A DNA stretch of 62,875 nt, filler included, from Octopus bimaculoides (Eukaryota), in assembly GCF_001194135.2 (NCBI RefSeq). It is 7 parts of 7 records of this genome, joined end to end, with 100 filler letters (N's around TTAATTAATTAA, not from the genome) between each part and the next. Parts side by side here need not be neighbours in the genome. Positions count along the whole stretch, not along the records: positions 47,453 to 59,467 come from NC_068996.1; positions 59,568 to 62,875 come from NW_026414279.1; 5 more parts are not named here. One strand, 5' to 3'. The translations under genes were made by a program, and so were the position numbers. Of this stretch, positions 53,602 to 62,875 are shown piece by piece (the first letter of the stretch is position 1; every line of letters starts with the position of its first letter). The notes below the pieces were generated by a model. That model was not told the DNA's origin, made no database searches, and saw nothing but the letters and a program-made list of their open reading frames with translations.

Positions 53602-53706
53602 AATAGGCAGAATTACAGAGTGACTCGAGCCGAGAGTTTCGTTTGAGAAGGGCCAACGCAAGAAACTCTCAGCCCTTGAGTCACTCGGTAAATTCTGTCG
53701 CCTGTT
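53602..53706. repeat. About 105-nt imperfect hairpin
   Basis: CAGAATTACAGAGTGACTCGAGCCGAGAGTTTC pairs with GAAACTCTCAGCCCTTGAGTCACTCGGTAAATTCTG. Confidence 0.85.
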
Positions 53707-54087
53707 AATTAAAAAACGTATATATACTCATGTTTTGAGACTTATTTTCCTGTTTGTATCACCAAATGTAATATTACTTCTACTTACCCCTCAGCATTTT
53801 CGTAATTTTTACGATTTGATTCGTTTCCATTTGTTGATTATTTATTACCTTTTTATTTTTGCGAATGGAATAATTTTGCTTCTTGGAAATATATAGATCT
53901 ACTTTATATTTAGGAACATGCATACACTTTGGAAATAAAATAATTGGTGTAAGTCAAAAGCTACCAATAGGTTTGACCAATATAATCTATCAGCTGACCT
54001 CAAGGCAGTTACATCCGTTTCATTTTCAGAATTTGGATCTCTCTAATGGATAGTGACATCTACTGAGTGGTCAGATGAAATACTCAC

Positions 54088-54121
54088 CTTTTGGAATGGT
54101 CTTGAATCGTGCTTGATCCAT
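54088..54121 (-). CDS. Candidate start-codon exon portion (MDQARFKTIPK, phase 1)
   Basis: Consensus donor AAG|GTGAGT at 54082-54087; phase-compatible with exon 48915-49007 in the same segment; AG acceptor at 54226-54227. Confidence 0.35.
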
Positions 54122-55559
54122 CAGGAATGACTTCTCTCACCCTTTCTGTACGTCCCGATCATGACTATGGTAACTGGAGATACTGAGACGCCTTCCATTA
54201 GAACTGGGACATGAGAGAACCATTTCTGTTATAATGTCACGTCGTGTTATAATGACATAACCAACGAGATAAAATAAGAGAAGACTTTACATGTGGTTCA
54301 ATCATTCAGACAGTTATCATTAGACTGGCACTAACTATTTCATTATATCATGGTTGGTTAATTAAAACAGTAAGTGCAAGTAATATTACATTTAAAGGGA
54401 AGTTTCTCAATACAGTACACCTGGCATCTTAAGACGTAGGACAAAAGAATTATTTTACACATGCTCGATTACAGAGGCTTCTCTCGTGTTCTTATGGCAT
54501 TGTAAGGACTGTGCGATCAGGAGAGGGGACGAGGAAATGGCTCCTTTAGTACATCGCACGGTCGATACAAATGAAAACATGAAAAGAGGATAGATACTGT
54601 ATAAGTGCCAGAAGGAAAAGAGAGACACAACCGGTAGAAGGTTTAAGAGATTTTATTGATATGTCAACATGTATGTCTGTGTGTGTGAGTGCGACATATA
54701 AACATAATAGACAGACCGTCATGTAAACGAAATGTATGTGTATATAAACATGGATGTATGTGTGTGCGAGAAATACAGAGCATAGAAAAGAGTCTATAAG
54801 GACGTTAGAAGAAGGTCCAGACACAAGGATGGTAAATACCAGTTCGTATTCATGGTACACAGTGGTTGAGGTGCTGTAGCAAGAAGTTGAGGCCGCGTAG
54901 CAGAGCTGGGGAAAGTCACATGTCGTGAGAGGTTGTGGCTTCAATGCTGCTGCTGGTTACTTGGTACAGGAGTTTTCACAGGTTGTATTCGCTGTTAACC
55001 ATGGTGAAGCAATTCACAAACAGTGTGGTGATAGAACCTGTCGAGTACTGTCGGTGGTGTGTACATAGAGAAGTTGGTATTGACACTAAGAAGCTGGAGG
55101 CGACGAAGATGGAAGTCCGTGAGCTGTTGGTTGAGTGTTGAGTCTCCATGAAGCTGTTGTGGTGTCGTCGTCGGAACTGGCTGTGTGCTCTGTGGTCAGT
55201 GGCTAGACCTCAGAAGGTCTGGAGTAAGACTGACAAACTGTGATGGTGAGAGGCTAGCTATTTATAACATACTGTCGGCCCAAACAGGGGTTCAGAAAAG
55301 ACTGTCTCACGCGACCTTATCTGAAGGCTGCAATTGGTTGGGTTGCATCCTGGCACGCAATAGAACAGGAGACAAAATGCACCAATACCAACCAATCAGA
55401 GTGATGGACACAACAGGGTCCAAAAGTGCGGCCGAAGGCTAGCTGTTATCCACTACGTCCGTATCTATGTATATATAACAGAGAGAGAGAAATATCCCTT
55501 AAGGCGTATGCTACAGCATTATTCTGGCCAGTCTTAGAACTTATTACATTCTGTATCTT

Positions 55560-57140
55560 ATCGGTTCGTTAATTATATGACCATTTTTTGCTATTGCTTG
55601 ACCAGCTTCTTGAGGCAGCTCATTTGGAGTCGGCTCCTCAGTTGAGTCAGGTTCAGTTTTGGTTTTTCACGTTTTGGTTCGGAAGATCGATATGTTGTTC
55701 TCTGTCTGAATTGACTGTCAGCCTCTGTTGAGCGAATGGGTTGTCGATTTTTTCTATATTTCTTTCTAGTTGTCGCCTCGACTACATATGATCTCGGCAT
55801 ATCACTTTTGTCTTTGACATTTTTTGGTATCCATGTTGTGTCGTTTACTTGTACTCGTATGTGATCATCAGGTTCTGACGATGTGAGTAGTTTTCCTGTG
55901 TGTTGGTTGTATTAAGCTCTGGCACTTAGCACGTCCACCTTGAAATCTGATTTTCTTCATGAGGATACAGCAGCTGACTTGAGGTAGGCAGCATTGCCCT
56001 CAAACATTAACTCATAAGGGGTTGAGCAGGTGATTTACCAACTTTGTCTATCGGAGTATTTCATATGTCTAACACTGCTAGATAGGAGTCTTTGTTTCCT
56101 TCTTACATTTTTTTTTATCAGTTTTCTCATGGCTTTCACTGCAATCTTAGCTTGACCATTCATTTGTGGGAACGTGGACTGCATGTGATATTGTAAAAGT
56201 TCGACAGCTTTGCAAAACTTTAAAATTCTGCAGAAAATATCTGCGATGCATTACCTGAAATCAGGGTATCTGGTATTCCGTGTCAAGTAAAAACTGACTT
56301 CAGCTTGTTTGTTACTGTAAAACTAGTTTGATCTCTTGATTGCATTACTTCAGCAAATTTGGAGTAATAGTCAACAACAACAATATAATCTTCACAATTT
56401 GTCGGGAATTTGTCTGCTTGATGTGTGTCCCTGTTTAAATTGAAGAATCATCAGTGATGCTTTTTACCTGCGTAGCATTTATTTCGATAGCTGCTTTTTT
56501 AAACTATAGCTGTTTTATTAACGTTAATTTTGGATCCTGAAGCAGAATCACTTGAGAATCTTTGTTTTGTATCCCACATACCATCTTATCACAGATTAAA
56601 TCATCCTGTACATCTCTGAATTGACAGCTTTAGCTTCAGCTTTTAGCTTAATGTCAGTTAGAAATGAACCAAATTTCTTTGATGGTACCTGATTTCTATT
56701 TTTTTAAAAAGTGTTTTACTAGAACTACAGTACTCTCGAAATTTCATTTCAACACCGATAATTTTGTCCTTGTTGTCTGGATTTTCAAATTCAAAAGAAT
56801 TTAAACTCCTGCTGTACTTGGAGGCCTGCAACCTGCACTTTTTGTCTTTTTCCGTAACTCCTGTGGCAAGCGAATATAAGTCATATTGTTGTCGTCATAC
56901 TTGTGGTCTTCATCTAAATTCCCTTCAAAATTCAGGTGTTTTGGTGGCTTCAGACTCATCTTGTTTAGGCTGAATCTATCCTTTGAAAGTTGTTCACTTT
57001 AAAACAGCTTCCACATGGATTTTTCCGCATGTAAAGGAAGTTCAGTAAACAATTGAAATTAAAGGAGGGATTAAATATTCATCTTTGTGTTTGCGTCTTC
57101 TTTCTTTTGTGGTAAGAGTTTATCCATTTCTGACATCATA
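55560..57140 (-). mobile_element. Decayed Gypsy/Ty3 LTR retrotransposon: PBS-like site, gag relic and integrase; PR/RT/RH not seen
   Basis: TGATGTCAGAA PBS-like motif (57128-57138); gag-like NRNQ...FLTDIKLKA and DDLICDKMVCGIQNK...LLQDPKLTL; integrase DYIVVVDYYSKF, HGIP, QMNGQA; C-terminal PRSYVVE...YRKNRQ. Confidence 0.78.
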
Positions 57141-57324
57141 TTATGTCGTCTCGTAGATAATGAGATAAAACAAGAAAAAACTTTATATATGGTTTATTTA
57201 CAAGCAGCCATCATTTGCCTTGCACTGAATATTTTATTACATTATGCTTGGTTAAATAAAATAATACGTAAAAAGTAATATTACAATTAAAGAGAAGCAA
57301 CTCAATTCATTACAATGTTGGTAT

Positions 57325-57570
57325 ATGTCAACGAAACCGATGTAAAGTAAGATGCCCAGAAATCGAGGTTATCAACACTATTCTATAGGAGTACAAGACA
57401 GTGACTGGAGCAAAAATTAACCTGGACAGGTTAAAATGTTTGCAGTTTGGCATCTGGAGAGGTATGCAGATATCGTTGGACAGTGCCGTGAGATGCTGGA
57501 AAGATGGATCAATTGATTTACTCAGCATTTTTTATCCAGCCCGACCTCCAGATGGACGTATAGTAATGTC
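57325..57570 (+). mobile_element. Tx1/L1-clade LINE RT fragment
   Basis: EIEVINTIL*EYKTVTGAKINLDRLKCLQFGIWRG...WKDGSIDLLSIF...PDLQM matches the post-YADD region of Tx1-like RTs. Confidence 0.7.
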
Positions 57571-60305
57571 AGGGTTACTATTTTATAGTGGTAATGTCGA
57601 TAAAATGACACACTATAATTTAATTAATGAGTATGACAGAAAGAGGGGTCACCATCTTGTACGTAAATACAAGAAAATAGGAATTCGCGAGACGTTTGTA
57701 ATAAGTCAAAACATATTTATTACTGGAGGTAATGCGTTAACATATAAGGTTAATTGAAGGAAAAGCTTGTAACATTACATGAACATATTCTGTTTGCAAT
57801 CCCATGTCTCCAAGTAAGTGAGGTGAACGTGCGCAACTTCCATGTAAACTGGAAGCTTCCAGAATTTCTAGAAGGAGATTATTCTTGTTAAATCCCTTTT
57901 CCGTTTTGCTTCCTGACGAGACCTCAAGGGTTCACTACAGATGGTAAACTATAAATGGGCTGAAACGAAGTTATCTATGAAAGGTTGAAAAAAGGTATAA
58001 TCTGTATCAACCTTTCCCTTGGATAACATCAGTGGCATGGAGAGGGGAGGCTGGTATGGATGGGTGACTGCTGGTCTTGCACAAATAACCTTGCCTGGAT
58101 TTGTGCCCTGGAGGGGAATTTTGTAGGTGCAATCTCATGGTCATTCATGACTGAGGGGTTTCTTTTGTAGAGGGTCAGTGGTCATTAACTATTGAAGTAT
58201 TTTATGGATCTGAAGAGGAAAACCAGTCTTTGCTGCATGTGCAATTACCAGCAGAGACCCTCAGCATTCAGACATCTGTTACATACTGTCCATTCTGCAA
58301 CCTGACAACCACAGTAGACCAATTATCTCTGCTTGTTTTATCATTTAATTAAACACATACCATTATTTCAGTATTTTTCTTGTCTTGCAGTGAAACTATA
58401 CTTCCCAATAGCTTTTCTCAATAGCTTAGGATGGGTAAAGGGTAAAGATCCCCTTCAGTCATGAATGACCATAGGATGTTCCATAGAACATTACCTTCTG
58501 ATGTACAAGTCTAGGCAAGGTTGTTTATGGAAGACCAGCAGTCGCCCATGCATACCAGCCTCCCCTCTCCATACCACTGATGTTATCCAAAGGAAAGGTA
58601 AAGACCAATACAGCTTGGTACCAGTGATGTTGCAACTCATTTCTACAGCTGAGTTAACTGGAATAACGTGAAATAAAGTATCTTGCTCATTCATCTTAAG
58701 AATTCATCAAAATCCACTTACATTCATTGCCAAAAATTGATTAGTTCCATCATTATCCCAAACATCAATCTAAGTACACAGCAAGATTCAATACATATAA
58801 ATATGACTTTTGTAGAGCTGGTAGAACATTAGACAAAATGCCTTGTGGTATTTAATCTGGCTTCTGGCATTCTGAGTTCAAATCACACTGTGGTCAGTTT
58901 TGCTTTTTATATTTTTTTCAGGGCTGATAAATAAAGTACCACACTAGGGTGTTAGACAGAATCATTAGAACCTTGGCTGGGCTGCTTTGTATTTGTTCCA
59001 GCACTTTGTGTTCTAAGTTCAAATCCTACTATGGCCTACTTGGATGGGAGACTTAATCCATCACCCTGTTTAACACTGCCACCTAGTGTTAGCAGTGGAG
59101 TCCACCTTATAGCAAATATTTGCACTAGGTTTTCAGTTTTAGGATACTTTCCTCCTATCCCTCTCTCACACCAATCTTAGAGACCTTACAAAGGATCATG
59201 GGTACTGCTGTTCTTCATGACTAAGACATTAAAAAAATACAAATATTTATTTGTTCATAACCCTGGCAGCTACATTTGTAATTACAATAATTACCATTTA
59301 ATTGGTTCTCTGGTTCTGTTGTGTTCACACCAATCATCCTTATTTCAGCATTGAGATTATTAGCGTTACAACAATAGGCCATTCCCACATTAAAAGTCAT
59401 CACACACAAGCATCCAAGAACCACTACCACCACCACCACCACCACCACCACCACCACCACCACTACTNNNNNNNNNNNNNNNNNNNNNNNNNNNNNNNNN
59501 NNNNNNNNNNNTTAATTAATTAANNNNNNNNNNNNNNNNNNNNNNNNNNNNNNNNNNNNNNNNNNNNTGTTTCGTTAATGAAAAATGTGGCCCCCGTTTT
59601 AAAAAAGATCCAACTATAACTAACATAAGTAATATCTCAGGTTACTCTCATGGAAAACAAATCAAAAGGACTCTTAAATAAACATTAAATTCACTTACAA
59701 TGTTAAAACTAATCAACCTCCCTAGACTCTTTATATTACGTGTTCTCCCTGTTGTGTTTTCGTTTATCACTATACCCTCTATATGGTTGTAGGAACTGCA
59801 TCAAAACAACAGAGGCGAAGCGGCGTGCCAACCAGTTGTGTAGACAAGTCACATGACAATTACAGTGGAATTTAGTTTTGTATGATGATTTATATGTTTA
59901 AAATATATATCCATAGATAATATAGTTTTGAAACTTATATAATTTGCAAGAAATAAAACACATGTATATGCATTAATTTGGTAATCCTTAAGCTTACAAC
60001 ATCACTTTCATTTCTGTCATTCAGTATTTAGTGCTATTGTATGTATGTATGTATGTATGTATGTATGTATGTATGTATGTTTGTATGTATGTATGTGTTG
60101 TGGCGAGAGGCATGACATCACATGCGAGAATAGACTTGACCGAACGTATACAAATTGTAGCGGTCTAAGTGAGAGACGGAAGGTAGGTGTTAATCGCAGG
60201 AAGCTGTAAGGTGTCGTTGTGGTAGTTTGTCGCAATATCGTTCATTAGTTCGTGAATAGTTCTAGGAGAGTTTGTTGGATTGTTACGTTGTTACCTTGCT
60301 TTGTG

Positions 60306-60683
60306 GTGGAGGCGCAATGGCCCAGTGATTAAGGCAGCAGACTTGCGGTCATAGGATCGCGGTTTCGATTCCCAGTTCGAGCGTTGTGAGTGTTTATTGA
60401 GCGAAAACACCTAAAGCTCCACGAGGCTCCAGCAGGGGATGGTGGCGAACCCTGTTGTACTCTTTCACCACAACTTTTTCTCACTCTTACTTCCTGTTTC
60501 TGTTGTGCCTGTATTTCAAAGGGTCAGCCTTGTCACACTGTGTCACGCTGAATATCCCCGAGAACTACGTTAAGGGTACACGTGTCTGTGGAGTGATCAG
60601 CCACTTGCACGTTAATTTCACGAGCAGGCTGTTCCGTTGATCGGATCAACTGGAACACTCGACGTCGTAAGCGACGGAGTGCC
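60306..60683 (+). mobile_element. SINE family G, full length
   Basis: tRNA-like head GGAGGCGCAATGGCCCAGTG...GGTTTCGATTCCCAG; near-identical reverse copy at 49398-49765. Confidence 0.88.
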
Positions 60684-61117
60684 CTCTACCTTGCTTCGTT
60701 ATATATTTTAATGTTACTACACGGNNNNNNNNNNNNNNNNNNNNNNNNNNNNNNNNNNNNNNNNNNNNNNNNNNNNNNNNNNNNNNNNNNNNNNNNNNNN
60801 NNNNNNNNNNNNNNNNNNNNNNNNNNNNNNNNNNNNNNNNNNNNNNNNNNNNNNNNNNNNNNNNNNNNNNNNNNNNNNNNNNNNNNNNNNNNNNNNNNNN
60901 NNNNNNNNNNNNNNNNNNNNNNNNNNNNNNNNNNNNNNNNNNNNNNNNNNNNNNNNNNNNNNNNNNNNNNNNNNNNNNNNNNNNNNNNNNNNNNNNNNNN
61001 NNNNNNNNNNNNNNNNNNNNNNNNNNNNNNNNNNNNNNNNNNNNNNNNNNNNNNNNNNNNNNNNNNNNNNNNNNNNNNNNNNNNNNNNNNNNNNNNNNNN
61101 NNNNNNNNNNNNNNNNN

Positions 61118-61693
61118 TAAATCTCTGAGAGATTTATGCAGTGGTGATACGATAAAGTAGTTGTATGCTGTCAACTTAATGTGACAGTCCCATGAAGGGA
61201 ATAATACTACTGCTATTTAGCCCTAGGAATCAGCACCGCTTCCTGTTGGCCTTGACACATTTCATGTGTCCTTATATTCACAAGGGGGTATTATTTCCTT
61301 CATGGGACTGTTACATTAAGTTGACAGTATACAACTACTTTATCGTATCACTACTGCATGAATCTCTCTGAGAGATTTAGAAATGTATTATTTCTATTTT
61401 TGAAATCAGTGAATGTATTTCACTAGAATTATTATATGTTTACAAGAGCTTGATAGTCATCTCCAACTAGCAGACCATGCTACTCCAGACTGATGACGAC
61501 CAAAGACTCAGAAACTAGTGTCTGGATGCAGGCTTAGCTGGGTGGAGGTGCTTGTTCCCCCCTTGTAAATATAAGGACACAGGAAATGTATCAAGGCCGA
61601 CAGGAAACGGTGCTGATTCCTAGGGCTAAATAGCAGTAGTATTATTCCCTTCATGGGAGTGTCACATTAAGTTGACAGCATACAACTACTTTA
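61118..61693. repeat. Nested inverted-repeat (foldback) structure A-B-A'-spacer-B'-A'
   Basis: 61118-61210 is inverted at 61287-61379; 61157-61286 is inverted at about 61559-61693. Confidence 0.9.
61484..61526 (+). ncRNA. Degenerate hammerhead motif inside a foldback
   Basis: TCCAGA-CTGATGA-CGACCAAAGACTCA-GAAA-CTAG-TG-TCTGGA; helix I 6 bp, palindrome ACTAGT, but the triplet is GTG (non-cleavable) and helix II is poor. Confidence 0.5.
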
Positions 61694-61707
61694 ATAGTGA
61701 AAAACGT

Positions 61708-62020
61708 ATGCTACAAAAGAAAAAACGTAATCTCTTCAGAAACAAGTATAAAGCAAGGATGATTGTAGAAAATCGAAGGCGAGTCTCAAGAGAGAAGCGA
61801 GATAAGACTTTCCCATGATCAGCAATGGCATGTCATATTGAGTATCAATACAGAAGGGAGGTGAGACTTTCCCAAGATCAGCATAGACACGCTGCAACAC
61901 GTCAAATGAAGTCTCAAAAGAAATGGGAGTGAGACTTTCCCAAGATCAGCAAAGGCATGCTGCAGCACTTAATGCTGAATCACTAAAACAACGTTCTAAT
62001 TGTTAGACAGAGATCCAATA
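61708..62020 (+). mobile_element. Probable Helitron ORF 5' relic with three RLS(Q/H)DQQ.H repeats
   Basis: MLQKKKRNL.RN..KARMI.ENRRR... followed by three ~63-66-nt units AGACTTTCCCA(A/T)GATCAGCA; frameshifted. Confidence 0.5.
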
Positions 62021-62232
62021 CAATAGCTCTCAGAAACAGACATATATCCACCTTTGCTACTACAATTATCTCCGGAAAATACCCACAAGGATTATTTACA
62101 TGGTTGTTTACTGCTTGAATGGAGCTACACTCCAAGTACTGTTTCTTCTTTGTTCTTTCTTCTGTGCATCGCTCTCACTTTTTACTACAAGTCTCCTCTT
62201 ATAGATGTAATAATCCATTCCTCCACTATTTC

Positions 62233-62283
62233 TGTCTCCGATGAAGGGATACATTGGATTTTCCCTGAAACAGCTGTAAGACA
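62233..62283 (+). ncRNA. Minimal type I hammerhead motif with U4C core change, in a PLE pLTR-like tract (about 62020-62340)
   Basis: TGTCT-CCGATGA-AGGGA...TCCCT-GAAA-CAGCTG-TA-AGACA. Confidence 0.7.
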
Positions 62284-62875
62284 TTATCCATAAAATATAC
62301 TACTAACTTTGCCATTGTTCTCTTTATCCTTTTCTCTCTTTATATATATATATATATATTTAGTTTACTGTTCCGTGAACGTAAGATCGACAAAAAAGTA
62401 TTCCATCCAGTGAGAGAAAAATATCATTTAATGTACACATTATTAAGAAACGAATTACTAATTGTTTCTTGCTTGGAGACGCGGGTTTATAATATGCCTT
62501 GTGTCTCCAACCAATTTTCAGAACTCTGGTACAAGAGAAATCAGGAGAAAAAAACGAGAAGATAGATGCAAAAAGAAGGATAAATAAAAACGGAAAAAGA
62601 AAAGAAAGAAGAAAATTAGAATTATGTCCCATTCGACCGTAAAGCCATTATTAAATTAGTTGTTGAAGAATAATTCAACGGAATGGGACCCAAAATTTGT
62701 GAGACAGCTGCTCAATCCAGATACACAATTACATATGCGAATACGTAGATACATACATTCATGCATATTTATATTCATATTTTCACACACAAATATACAT
62801 ATCGACAGACAAGCAGACGAATACGTACAAACATACATGCATACATACATGCATACATACATGCATACATACATG

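Noticed and set aside
57905-57972. CTGACGA...GAAAC hammerhead-like motif
   Set aside because: The NUH triplet is absent and helix II is mismatched; at best a dead relic.
61804-61960. CRISPR-like repeat-spacer appearance
   Set aside because: Eukaryotic context; the units are degenerate coding-like tandem repeats with related spacers, and no cas genes are present.

Overview
AT-rich, repeat-dense animal genomic DNA. The SINE, RTE, mariner and Penelope families and the microsatellite load look like an octopus (coleoid cephalopod) draft assembly; this is an inference from memory of those repeats. The window is not one contiguous locus: six identical 100-bp linkers (N44-TTAATTAATTAA-N44) divide it into seven segments whose adjacency is unproven, and many other N-gaps are present. 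Only one host coding exon is well supported, a Macro-domain exon (5886-6270, minus). There are also a few weaker candidate exons, notably a hydrophobic-helix exon at 48915-49007 bracketed by an inverted repeat, and a decayed tRNA-Pro(TGG). Most of the rest is transposon debris: four SINE families, RTE, Tx1/L1, Penelope-like elements, mariner, Tc1, an internally deleted Gypsy, a Helitron 5' relic and several MITE-like hairpins. The strongest signal that the ORF track misses is RNA structure. At least seven type I hammerhead-ribozyme motifs occur in about six unrelated sequence contexts, most with a palindromic helix III. Two of them face outward in the arms of a 627-bp palindrome (8113-8739), one sits in a nested foldback (61118-61693), and one with an intact core lies behind a Penelope GIY-YIG remnant (38158-38221).
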